64,000 nucleotides of DNA, taken from contig OZ223209.1 in assembly GCA_965140415.1 (NCBI GenBank), positions 3,840,001 through 3,904,000 of the forward strand, in the 5' to 3' direction. Positions 28,318 through 37,844 of this stretch are shown in pieces. How positions within the stretch are numbered: the stretch's first letter is position 1; each line of letters opens with the position of its first letter. Source of the stretch: Myxococcota bacterium (GTDB lineage: Bacteria; Myxococcota_A; SURF-8). The translations under genes and the position numbers were made by a program. The notes below the pieces were generated by a model. That model was given only the letters and a program-made list of their open reading frames with translations. It was not told where the DNA came from and ran no database searches.

Positions 28318-29901
28318 CTATCGGCTTCGCCGCGCCCGACGACGCAGCATGGAGGTCAATTCCCCAAACTCCTGACACCTGAATAACCGTGTCAACCCGG
28401 CGTATAGCGCGGCGCATAGTAACACGATGGGGAGCAGACCACCAATGAGTTGCAGGCGCGAGCAGGATGCATTCAGATCCAGCCAGCCCACCAGATAGTA
28501 CGCAAGCGCTCCCATCACGGCGCAGGCAAGCAAAATGCGTCCCAACGACGCAAAAACCTGCCCCCAAGCCAGCCCACCGACTCGCACTGAGAAATAGGCA
28601 ATCAACACGATAACTTGCGCAAACACCGATACGCTATTGGCTAAAGCGATGCCGCCCTGATCCAGGTGAATCGCAAATACCAGACTGCATGCAATATTGA
28701 CAAGTGTCGCCACAACGGCGGCTTTGACCGGGGTAATCATGTCTTTCATCGAATAGAACACCGGCACCAGAATGCGACTGGCCCCGATAAAGTACAAGCC
28801 TGCCGCGTGGAACAGAAACGCATGGGCGGTCATTTGAATGGAGACGGCATCGAAGCGACCCGTTCGGAACAGCAGCGCGATCAGCGGTTCGCGGATCATG
28901 ATCAGACCGATGGCCGCCGGAATGGTTATATAAGCCACCAGTCGCAAGGCAAATTCCAAGGTGTCCCGAAACTCCTGCATTTTTCCGTCGCGCACGAAAA
29001 TCGCGAAGGTCGGCAGCACCGCCGTGCTGATGGCAATTACGAACACGCCCAGCGTGAATTCCTCCAAACGCGACGAATACTGCAAGGCACTCACAGCCCC
29101 GTCGGAAAGGTAGGTGGCAATCATCTGAGAAATCACAACGTTGATCTGGTAGACGCCTGCTCCCAGAATACCGGGAGCCATCAAGGAAAGAATGCGCCGG
29201 ACGGCCTTGTCTCCGAAACGGAAACTGGGGCGCAATGTCAACCCGGCTTTTTTAAGGTATGGAAGCTGAAAGAACAACTGCAAACTGCCACCCAGCATCA
29301 CACCCAACGCGAAAGCGTAGACAGGCTTTTCAAAAGCCCAGCCTAACAGCAACGCACATAAGATCACGCTGATATTCAACAGAATGGGAGTAAAGGCGCT
29401 TGGACCGAAGACCTTGAAACTGTTTAAAACAGCCTGCACGACGGCAGCCAACCCGATAAACAACAGGTAGAAAAACATGTACTGAGTCAATTCGACGGTC
29501 AGTGCCAGTTTTTCCGGGTTGGAGGCGAATCCGCGCGCAAACAGTTCCCGCACCAGGGGATCCGCAAACACAACGAACAACAGACACAACACGGTTAGCA
29601 GAAATGTGAAAAGCGTGAAAAAGGCGTTGACGACTTCGTTCAATCTTGCCGTGCCACCCGCCTTATGCTCGTCTAAAAACACCGGCACGGCGGCGGCGGA
29701 CATCGACCCCTCCCCCACCAGGCGGCGAAAGAGATTCGGGATCATGAACGCCATGGTAAAGGCATCGGCCATCAGACTGGTACCCAGGAAATGAGCGCGT
29801 ACGATTTCACGCACCAACCCCAGCACGCGGCTGAACATCGTGAACAATCCCATGATGGAGGCGGCCTTGACCAGCCCTTTCTGCGTGGCTTGCTTATCCA
29901 A
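28318..29901 (-). CDS. murJ: Lipid II flippase MurJ
   Basis: SRVLGLVRE, ADAFTMAFMIPNLFRRLVGEG, LQYSSRL; polytopic membrane protein. Confidence 0.95.
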   Translation of the reverse strand: MDKQATQKGLVKAASIMGLFTMFSRVLGLVREIVRAHFLGTSLMADAFTMAFMIPNLFRRLVGEGSMSAAAVPVFLDEHKAGGTARLNEVVNAFFTLFTFLLTVLCLLFVVFADPLVRELFARGFASNPEKLALTVELTQYMFFYLLFIGLAAVVQAVLNSFKVFGPSAFTPILLNISVILCALLLGWAFEKPVYAFALGVMLGGSLQLFFQLPYLKKAGLTLRPSFRFGDKAVRRILSLMAPGILGAGVYQINVVISQMIATYLSDGAVSALQYSSRLEEFTLGVFVIAISTAVLPTFAIFVRDGKMQEFRDTLEFALRLVAYITIPAAIGLIMIREPLIALLFRTGRFDAVSIQMTAHAFLFHAAGLYFIGASRILVPVFYSMKDMITPVKAAVVATLVNIACSLVFAIHLDQGGIALANSVSVFAQVIVLIAYFSVRVGGLAWGQVFASLGRILLACAVMGALAYYLVGWLDLNASCSRLQLIGGLLPIVLLCAALYAGLTRLFRCQEFGELTSMLRRRARRSR

Positions 29902-30116
29902 TACGGTTTCCTGTATGATGCATCGATTGGTTATCGATATAATGAATAGATTGGTAGCAAAGCTTTCCGATCAAGTCAAGACCGGAATTTTTGACAGCCA
30001 TCAGCCGAACGCCTATGATAATCGAAGATCGTAGGAGCCGATCCCGAAAGGGTGGACCGAATAGGACGTTCGAAAGGCGAGCCGCACAAGGCTCGACGGG
30101 AGTGAAAGGAACGCGA

Positions 30117-31553
30117 ATGAAGCGCAGGGCATTGGTTATCCTGTTGTTATTGGTGCTACTGGTTGCCTGTGACCGCCCGGAACGCGAAACAGGAAAGCGA
30201 AAACCATTGGAAAAATCGCTTGCGGCGGCGGCGGAATCCGTTCCCAAGGTCAAACCGGTCGAACGCACCTCCAAACCAAAACCGTTGCGCTTTAACCTGG
30301 AGGTCCGGGTTATTCGCAGTGAAGCTTTTTTCATGCCGGACACGCAGGCGGTGAAGAAACCTCAAGATCAACAACCAGAATCGCCATCTGCCGCCGTACA
30401 AGACAGCAATCGCGATCAAGCGGCGGAAAAGGGTTCTTCGAAGACTTCCGGAAAGAAACATCGTTTTCAATTGGGAGATCCGGTTCAGATCGTCGGACGC
30501 CAAGGAGAGCGCCTGCTGATCGACTCACGCGTTCTCGGCAAAGGGAGCATCGCTTTTTGCGATACGGACTATGCCTTGACGCTGGGCGCGATGAAAGGAC
30601 GTTCGGGTGCGATCCCGCCTTCGGAACGACAAACCGCCAAAGAACTTTATCTCGACTGCTGGCGTCAATGGAGCCGAGACGATTCGCTGGGAGTGGTGAT
30701 CGCACGAGACAAGCAACTGGCCAAACAACCATCCGATATCGGAAAAAAGGAAAACGGCGCAGATCTGAAACTCTGGTGGGTACTGGATATCCTTGAACAG
30801 GCCAAAACGGCGGACGGCGTCGGGGCATATCTTGTCCGTTTGCGAGATAAACAGAAAGGCTGGATCTCGGCTCGCTATCTGATGAAAGGCGGTGCGGAAG
30901 GCTGGCATTTCACACAACGCCGCACCACGATTCAGTTATTCAATCCGCTACCGGGTGAAAGTCGTTTACAAGACATCTGGGAAACGGATCAAGCCTATAG
31001 CGAACCCAAAGCGCTGAGCCTTGGGCAATCATCCGATCAGCAGGGCATTGCCGTAGATCAACTCTACGCGGCCCGCACGCGCAACCAGCTTCCCTGGGTA
31101 GCTCCAATCGAACTGCGCACCATGACGATCAAGCAGGTATTGGAATATGTTGAAGGCACCTGGTACCCGGCAAATTACCGATACCCGGAAATGCTGCCGT
31201 TGACCTGCCAACAACTGCCCTCATCCTTGAAGCTGACCCGCAAAGGCAAGATGACCTTGCAGGTGGGTCAGGAACATGTGGAATTGGACTCTAGCGGCCA
31301 GGAGATCGTAGCCGAAGGACTGAGCCGCTGGTTGATGATCGATCCCGTCACGAAGCAGAGCACTCGCATGATGGATCTGAGTTGGATCGTCTGGCAGGAA
31401 AATCAAATCTCCACCCAATGGGGATTCGATGAGTACATGCAGGCTGAACCTCCAGGCTTATGGGTTCGCATGAATGAAGATGAACGCCTGCTCACGGAAA
31501 CGAGGCTACGAAAAGAACTCGGCTGCCCGGAATCGGATCAGGAACAGGACTAA
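30117..31553 (+). CDS. Hypothetical lipoprotein with SH3-like segments
   Basis: LLVAC lipobox after an AAGGA RBS. YLVRLRDKQKGWISARYL resembles a bacterial SH3 domain. Confidence 0.65.
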   Translation: MKRRALVILLLLVLLVACDRPERETGKRKPLEKSLAAAAESVPKVKPVERTSKPKPLRFNLEVRVIRSEAFFMPDTQAVKKPQDQQPESPSAAVQDSNRDQAAEKGSSKTSGKKHRFQLGDPVQIVGRQGERLLIDSRVLGKGSIAFCDTDYALTLGAMKGRSGAIPPSERQTAKELYLDCWRQWSRDDSLGVVIARDKQLAKQPSDIGKKENGADLKLWWVLDILEQAKTADGVGAYLVRLRDKQKGWISARYLMKGGAEGWHFTQRRTTIQLFNPLPGESRLQDIWETDQAYSEPKALSLGQSSDQQGIAVDQLYAARTRNQLPWVAPIELRTMTIKQVLEYVEGTWYPANYRYPEMLPLTCQQLPSSLKLTRKGKMTLQVGQEHVELDSSGQEIVAEGLSRWLMIDPVTKQSTRMMDLSWIVWQENQISTQWGFDEYMQAEPPGLWVRMNEDERLLTETRLRKELGCPESDQEQD

Positions 31554-31650
31554 GCGTCCATTCAAGTCAAAGTATGGCCTTTTTGCTGGGTTTGGGCTAT
31601 GATTTCACATCGGCCCCAACCGGGTGGGGAATAGGATCAGGAGAGAAATC

Positions 31651-33156
31651 ATGGCGGCAATCGACCCTTATCTTAAAGTAATGCTGGAACGTGGCGCATC
31701 GAAACTGGTTTTAGTGCCGGGTCGCAAACCGACTCTTTCAGTAAACGGCGCTCCTTCCGAACTGGGGCAGTCGATTCCCGGCGGTCAAATCAAAGCCGTG
31801 GTCTTGCAGATCATGCCACCGGGAGTTCAAGGCGTTTTTCGTCGAGGCGACAAGGTGACATTCGATTATAGCTCCGAGGGAGTTCTCTTTTCGGTTGTGA
31901 CGCAGACCGTTGGAGAAGGTGCACAAGTCGCTTTCCAATGTAGGCAAAACACACCAGCCGTAGAATCCGTACCGCTTTCGGAGCCGACGCCCCAACCGGC
32001 AGCACCGGCAGCACCACCTGCGCCCTCTCCTTCCGATCACACACAACGGGCAATCGATGTGTATTTGCGCACCATGGTGCAGCGTAAAGCATCGGATCTG
32101 CATCTCTGCTCCCAACGCTCCCCGGTTTATCGCATCGACGGAGATCTGCAAGCCGACAGTGCTCATCCGCCGTTTGAGGAACATGCGTTACGCGACATAT
32201 TGCTGGGACCATTGGAACAGAAATACCACGATGAATTCGAGGAGCAAGGTTCCACGGATTTCGCCTATGAGATTCCAGGCGTGGGACGTTATCGCTTCAA
32301 TATCTACAAGGATTATCGCGGCCTTTCCGCCTCGGTGCGTTTGATTCCCAGCGAAATCCTAAGCGCGGAAGCGCTGAATTTACCCCCGGCCATCCGAGCC
32401 CTGGCGGGACTGCCCAAAGGTTTCGTCGTGGTGACGGGACCGACCGGCTCCGGAAAATCCACGACGCTGGCGGCGATTATCGACCTGGTCAACCGGCAAC
32501 GAGCGGATCATATCCTTACGGTGGAAGCCCCGATTGAATTCGTCCATCCCGACAAGAAATGCCTGATTCATCAGCGCGAAGTTTCGGTGCATACGCGCAG
32601 TTTCAAGGATTCCTTGCGCGATGCCCTGCGCGAAGACCCGGATGTGGTCCTGGTCGGTGAAATGCGCGATCTGGAAACCATCGGCACCGCCATCGAAACC
32701 GCCTCGACCGGTCACCTGGTCTTTGGAACGTTACACACGACCACCGCCACCAGCACCGTCAACCGGATTATCGAAATGTTCCCGCACGAGCAACAGTCGC
32801 AAATTCGGCATATGCTGGCCGAATCGTTAAAAGCGGTTGTGGCCCAGAATCTGTTGAAGAAAAAAGGCGGAGGCCGGGTTGCGGCACAGGAAGTCTTGAT
32901 CATCACCCCCAGCGTGGCCAACCTGATCCGCGAAAACAAGGCGCATCAACTGCTGAACGTGATGCAAACCGGTAAATCGCTGGGAATGCAGTTATTGAAT
33001 GATGAGCTGGTGCGCCTGGTCAAGGATGATCTCGTAGAGGCCGAAGAAGCCTACGCCAAAGCGGTGGACAAAGATGAAATTCTACGCGCGTTCCAGTCCA
33101 ATGGAATCAGCTTCACTCCGCCGCCCGAATTCGGAAGAACACCTGCGGGGGGTTAA
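31651..33156 (+). CDS. pilT: PilT/PilU-family type IV pilus retraction ATPase with duplicated N-terminal domain
   Basis: ASDLHL, GPTGSGKSTT, LREDPDVVLVGEMRD, TGHLVFGTLHT, NLIRE. An extra ASKLVL N-domain precedes a Pro/Ala linker. Confidence 0.9.
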   Translation: MAAIDPYLKVMLERGASKLVLVPGRKPTLSVNGAPSELGQSIPGGQIKAVVLQIMPPGVQGVFRRGDKVTFDYSSEGVLFSVVTQTVGEGAQVAFQCRQNTPAVESVPLSEPTPQPAAPAAPPAPSPSDHTQRAIDVYLRTMVQRKASDLHLCSQRSPVYRIDGDLQADSAHPPFEEHALRDILLGPLEQKYHDEFEEQGSTDFAYEIPGVGRYRFNIYKDYRGLSASVRLIPSEILSAEALNLPPAIRALAGLPKGFVVVTGPTGSGKSTTLAAIIDLVNRQRADHILTVEAPIEFVHPDKKCLIHQREVSVHTRSFKDSLRDALREDPDVVLVGEMRDLETIGTAIETASTGHLVFGTLHTTTATSTVNRIIEMFPHEQQSQIRHMLAESLKAVVAQNLLKKKGGGRVAAQEVLIITPSVANLIRENKAHQLLNVMQTGKSLGMQLLNDELVRLVKDDLVEAEEAYAKAVDKDEILRAFQSNGISFTPPPEFGRTPAGG

Positions 33157-34883
33157 TCCGTAATCACGTAGCCTTTGATCGGCTCGACCACACGCTCGGA
33201 ACGATACACACCCCAGCGCACCGGAAGCTGTACATGCCAGACTTCCTCCGGGTCGCTCTCGTGAGTGACTTCGATCAGGTGGGAAGGATTGACCGTGGAG
33301 CGTTGCCCGAAGACAAGCAGAACGTTACCGTTATCCATGCGGTCGGCATCTCCCCAGATCGGGGCGAAAATCGCCGGATCGGGCTCGAAACTCCACACTT
33401 TCTGCACGCTCTGCTGACCGGAAATGTCGTTGTAACTGATTTCCAGACCGCGACTGTAGGTGCGGTAACCCTCGCGGCCATTGTCGAACATCAGGATGTT
33501 TCCATTCGATTGGATTTCCGGATCGTGCTGAGCGTAAAACTGGCTCCCGGTTCCCATGTCGAAATCGCCGCTCAAACCCAGTTTCCAAACGATATCCTCG
33601 GTTTGTAGATTGACCTTGAACAGCGCATTCTGTTCGCGGGAAGAGACCAGCATGGCATTTTCACTGGGAAACTTATCGACGCTATTAAGATGCGACCAGT
33701 CAGAACGAATGACATCCGGGACGTAGTGATGACAAATCACCCAGGTCCACACCACCTTGCCCTGTGCAATATCCCAGATATTCGCCGCCCCGGCGGATTT
33801 ATCCTCGTGCCCTTCCCACGCGCCACCGGAGCAGGTCAAGTTGTCGTCCAGATAAAGCAGTTGTCCATCTCCCCAGGGTTCCATGTGATGATGCATGTTC
33901 AGCCGGATACTCCAAAGCCGATTTCCTTCCCAGTCGATTTTCTGCGGCATGATCATGCCGTGATTGCCCGCAATCAGCACCCCTTCGGGAATGGTGCGGA
34001 TATCATTGTCGTTTCCGGCATAGGTGGTTTGAACGCGATAATACCAGCGATATTGACCCCACACGTCGATCATGGCGACGATCATGGGTTCGTTGTCGTA
34101 GCCGTTACTCAGGTTGAACAGCGTCCATCCGGTCTGAATTTTATTGGCGTTGATCTTGGTGATCGACATATGCGGCAGAAAATCCGGCAATTCACCGACA
34201 CTGCGGGAAATGCTGCGGGAAACCGGTCTGCCTGCCGGATCGACGGCAGTGGCGGTAAACGTACAATTGGCCTGGGCGGTCAGTCCCATCACGAAGACCC
34301 GATGCTGAGAACGCGGATTATTGTCTTCAAATTCTTCATGATAGAAAATGCCGCAATCCGCATCGAGATAGGTTTTACTCAGGCGGCTGGTCTCCCACTC
34401 GACATAGTAGGAGAGAACGTTACTCGGGTTTTCTATCGCAGTCAGATTGGTGATTTCGATATCCGGCAGCCCCGGATCTTCATCGGAATCCAAATCGCCA
34501 TCCGGGATGACATCGCCATCCGTGGCATCACCATCTACAATATCGCCATCCGTGACATCACCATCGGTAGTGTCTCCATCCGTGCCGTCACCATCAATAC
34601 CATCGCCATCGATCAAGTCGACGTCACCATCGTTCGTGTCGCCATCTGTCAGATCGCCATCTATCGAATCAACATCACCGTCTGCCGTATCGCCATCTGT
34701 CAGATCGCCATCCGAATCAGGGTTCGAATCGGAATCCGCATCCAGATCTCCATCTTCCAACTCGCCATTTTCGATCCCATCCCGATCGCCAACAGGAGAA
34801 TTCGTATCGGAATCGGAACAGGCCGGCACGAGTAACCCGCACAGGATCAGCGCTATTAAAATCGGATACAGCGAAATTTTCAT
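33153..34883 (-). CDS. Arylsulfate sulfotransferase (ASST) family lipoprotein
   Basis: LVPAC lipobox and 15 DGD units. HHH, DWSHLNS, AQHDP, FDNG and GDADRMDNGN motifs. Confidence 0.85.
   Translation of the reverse strand: MKISLYPILIALILCGLLVPACSDSDTNSPVGDRDGIENGELEDGDLDADSDSNPDSDGDLTDGDTADGDVDSIDGDLTDGDTNDGDVDLIDGDGIDGDGTDGDTTDGDVTDGDIVDGDATDGDVIPDGDLDSDEDPGLPDIEITNLTAIENPSNVLSYYVEWETSRLSKTYLDADCGIFYHEEFEDNNPRSQHRVFVMGLTAQANCTFTATAVDPAGRPVSRSISRSVGELPDFLPHMSITKINANKIQTGWTLFNLSNGYDNEPMIVAMIDVWGQYRWYYRVQTTYAGNDNDIRTIPEGVLIAGNHGMIMPQKIDWEGNRLWSIRLNMHHHMEPWGDGQLLYLDDNLTCSGGAWEGHEDKSAGAANIWDIAQGKVVWTWVICHHYVPDVIRSDWSHLNSVDKFPSENAMLVSSREQNALFKVNLQTEDIVWKLGLSGDFDMGTGSQFYAQHDPEIQSNGNILMFDNGREGYRTYSRGLEISYNDISGQQSVQKVWSFEPDPAIFAPIWGDADRMDNGNVLLVFGQRSTVNPSHLIEVTHESDPEEVWHVQLPVRWGVYRSERVVEPIKGYVITD
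34493..34755 (-). repeat. Imperfect DGDxx repeat (15 units)
   Basis: Translation DGDLT-DGDTA-DGDVD... Confidence 0.85.
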
Positions 34884-35173
34884 CGATCACCACTCCCTTG
34901 AAGTAAAGCCAAATTCTTTGCATTTAGCCTTTGTATGCCTAAGTGAACGGGATTCATCATACTATGAGCGAGTTAGGGCGTCAACAGAGCGTAGAAGAGA
35001 TTTGTGTATGTATTCAATGTAGAACTCGTTTAGACACTCATTGTATGGAATATTTTTCTAGCAGAGCGGTTTTTGTTGAGAATTTCGATAAAGTAGATAT
35101 GATAAGTGCCTACGCCATGGGCTTTTAATTAGAGACCTCCGACGAAACCTGTTCTGCCGGAAGGGGAGTAACA

Positions 35174-36991
35174 ATGAAGAAGATGATGATTTTGTGTTTG
35201 TTTTTCCTGCTTATCGCCTCCGTGAACCTACTAGGTTGCGGTGGAGACGACGATCCGATCACCGACGGCGATACAGCCGATGGCGATGCGACCGACGGCG
35301 ACACGACGGACGGTGACACCACTGACGGCGACACCACTGACGGCGACACGACGGACGGAGACACGACGGACGGCGACACGATAGACGGCGATACAACGGA
35401 CGGTGATACCACGGATGGCGATACGACCGACGGTGATACGACTGACGGCGACACCACCGACGGCGACACCACCGACGGCGACACGACAGACGGAGACACG
35501 ACCGATGGCGACAGCACCGATGGTGACACGACGACCGAACTGACGATCTCCAACCTGATTGTTGCGGAAAGTACGACAAATCATTTGGCGGCAATCGTTA
35601 TTTTCGACACCTCCGTTCCGACCACAGCCAGCGTAGCGGTTTCGGACGGCCAGCGCTCCTCCTGGACGGTGGATTCTGGCGATGAACTGAAAACAAGCCA
35701 TGAACTGGTCGTGCTTGGTCTGGTTTCAGAAACCGCGTATTCACTGACCATTACGGTCGAAGACGACTTGCAGCGCAGCATCAGCAGCGATCCGCAGCCC
35801 TTCACAACCGATTCCCTGCCCGATGATTTCCCGCCGATTCATCTGACCGTTGCCGCCACGGAAAACGTACAACCCGGCGTCACGCTGATGAATGTGGAGC
35901 GTTGGAATCCTGCCAATGATATCGGTTACGGCTTGATCCTGGCAGTAGACGATCAAGGACAGGTCGTTTGGTATCTGCGGGATAACTTCCTGATCTTCGA
36001 TGTCAAACCGATGGACTCAGACACACTGGTCTACTCCTACATCAACATCGGTTTCCGCTTTGTGGACTGGACCGGCGAAGAAACCAACGAACTCATTTCC
36101 TTCAACACCGGCGTAGACACCTTCCACCACGACATCATCCAGATTCCGAATGGCAATTACCTTACCATTTCCACCGAGTTAAAAGAAATCAGTGGATATC
36201 CGCCTGAAGCAGGCAAAGACGATGGTGAAACCTACAACGTGGTCGGCGATGTCATTGTGGAAGTAACCCCGGACGGCACGCTTGTTAAAAGCTGGTCGAT
36301 GTTCGATTACCTGGACCCGAAACGCACCCGTGAAGGATTTCACGATCAGTTCTGGGATCAGAACTACGCCAACATCGGCACCACCAAAGACTGGACCCAT
36401 TGCAATGCGCTACTGTATGACGAATCGGACAATTCGATAATCATCTCCTGTCGCAATCAGGATTGGCTGATCAAGATCGACCGCGACACCGACGATCTGG
36501 TCTGGAAACTGGGTGAAGGCGGCGATTTCACGATGCTTGGAGACGGCGAATGGATCTATCATCAGCACGCTCCCGAGTTTCTGCCTAACGGCAATCTGCT
36601 GATTTACGATAACGGAAATGGCCGTTACTCCAACAAGGAAAACGTTGCGCTTTACTCCCGCGCAGTGGAATACAACATCGACGAAGTCAACATGACGGTC
36701 GAGCAGGTCTGGGAATATCTCCCGGCAGAGACGCCGAATTATTCGCCCTTCGTTGGGGATGCCAACCGGCTTGAAAACGGGAATATCCTGGTCGTCAATG
36801 GTGGCTTGGTGGACGATCCCGATTTACATTACACCGAACCGACGAACTTGAAGAGCGCTAGAATCACCGAAATCATCCCTGGAGATCCGATTCAGAAAGC
36901 GTTTGAACTTACGGTGCGCGACGAAGCGGAAACCGATCCGGTCGGCTACAGTATTTATCGCGCTGTGCGCATTCCGGCTTTCCACGAATAA
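35174..36991 (+). CDS. Arylsulfate sulfotransferase (ASST) family lipoprotein
   Basis: LLGC lipobox. FHHDI, DWTHCNA, HQHAP, YDNG and GDANRLENGN motifs. Confidence 0.88.
   Translation: MKKMMILCLFFLLIASVNLLGCGGDDDPITDGDTADGDATDGDTTDGDTTDGDTTDGDTTDGDTTDGDTIDGDTTDGDTTDGDTTDGDTTDGDTTDGDTTDGDTTDGDTTDGDSTDGDTTTELTISNLIVAESTTNHLAAIVIFDTSVPTTASVAVSDGQRSSWTVDSGDELKTSHELVVLGLVSETAYSLTITVEDDLQRSISSDPQPFTTDSLPDDFPPIHLTVAATENVQPGVTLMNVERWNPANDIGYGLILAVDDQGQVVWYLRDNFLIFDVKPMDSDTLVYSYINIGFRFVDWTGEETNELISFNTGVDTFHHDIIQIPNGNYLTISTELKEISGYPPEAGKDDGETYNVVGDVIVEVTPDGTLVKSWSMFDYLDPKRTREGFHDQFWDQNYANIGTTKDWTHCNALLYDESDNSIIISCRNQDWLIKIDRDTDDLVWKLGEGGDFTMLGDGEWIYHQHAPEFLPNGNLLIYDNGNGRYSNKENVALYSRAVEYNIDEVNMTVEQVWEYLPAETPNYSPFVGDANRLENGNILVVNGGLVDDPDLHYTEPTNLKSARITEIIPGDPIQKAFELTVRDEAETDPVGYSIYRAVRIPAFHE
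35264..35533 (+). repeat. 18 x 15-bp tandem repeat encoding DGDTT
   Basis: First and last DGD are 255 nt apart. Confidence 0.95.
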
Positions 36992-37011
36992 ATACGAACT
37001 GCAACGCGACG

Positions 37012-37041
37012 AAAACGGGGAGCGGCGTCTCCCCGTTTTTT
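37012..37041 (+). terminator. Intrinsic terminator
   Basis: AAAACGGGGAG-CGGCGT-CTCCCCGTTTTTT. Confidence 0.75.
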
Positions 37042-37060
37042 ATTTCAGAAAAGGAACCCG

Positions 37061-37540
37061 ATGCCCGTCGAAATCGAACGCCGTTTTTTAATCGATCCGA
37101 AACAGCTTCCGCAGTCGTTATTGGTTGACGGAAATCACCTGGTGCAGGGCTATCTCACTTCCGGTGTGGATTTACAGGTGAGAGTGCGTACAGCCGGCGA
37201 CAAGGGAATACTGACGATCAAAGGGAAGCAACACCAAGGCGTTACGCCTGAATACGAGTACGAAATTCCACTGCAAGACGCCCAGGAACTGCTTCCGCTC
37301 TGCTCGAATTACCTGATTCGCAAAACCCGCTATCGCTACGACTTTGAGAGACATTGCTTCGAAATCGATGTTTTCAAAGCGGAGAACGCAGGGCTGGTTA
37401 TCGTTGAAGTTGAATTACAGCAAACGAATGAAGAAGTAAGCCTGCCTGCTTTCTTGCAGTCTGCGAGAGAGATCTCCGGTGATTTCCGCTATTCCAACGC
37501 CAGCTTATCCAAAACGCCGTACAGTGAATTTGGACGATAG
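37061..37540 (+). CDS. CYTH-domain protein (triphosphate tunnel metalloenzyme)
   Basis: EIERRFL, QGYL, VRVR, EYEYEI, KTRY, EIDVF and EVEL motifs. Confidence 0.92.
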   Translation: MPVEIERRFLIDPKQLPQSLLVDGNHLVQGYLTSGVDLQVRVRTAGDKGILTIKGKQHQGVTPEYEYEIPLQDAQELLPLCSNYLIRKTRYRYDFERHCFEIDVFKAENAGLVIVEVELQQTNEEVSLPAFLQSAREISGDFRYSNASLSKTPYSEFGR

Positions 37541-37619
37541 TACGTTTGTTTCCATTTCTAATTCTACACGACCATGGCGAGCGGCATGGGCGAAGCGGAG
37601 CTTGTCCATGTAGATCACG

Positions 37620-37647
37620 GGCAAGCCTGCGGCTTGGCCCGCGCCAC
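37620..37647. repeat. Dispersed 28-bp repeat (copy at 25034-25061)
   Basis: GGCAAGCCTGCGGCTT(A/G)GCCCGCGCCAC, one mismatch between copies. Confidence 0.75.
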
Positions 37648-37785
37648 ACATCCGTGCTTAACCTATTGAAGACACACAGCCTTCCACGATCTTCGATCGC
37701 GTAAGACGATGGCACAACTTCATAGCATCATTGGTAATATATGACTAATTCCTAGTCCAACACACGCGATAACAGCCACAAATAG

Positions 37786-37822
37786 AAAACCGGATGAGCA
37801 CCCTGGCCTCATCCGGTTTTTT
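37786..37822. terminator. Bidirectional terminator
   Basis: AAAACCGGATGAG...CTCATCCGGTTTTTT between convergent genes. Confidence 0.7.
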
Positions 37823-37844
37823 GTCTTATTCTCTGCGCTGTAAT

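Noticed and set aside
35264-35533. Tandem repeats here and at 9883 and 46039 as CRISPR arrays
   Set aside because: No unique spacers, in-frame coding periodicity of 15 or 21 nt, and no cas genes.
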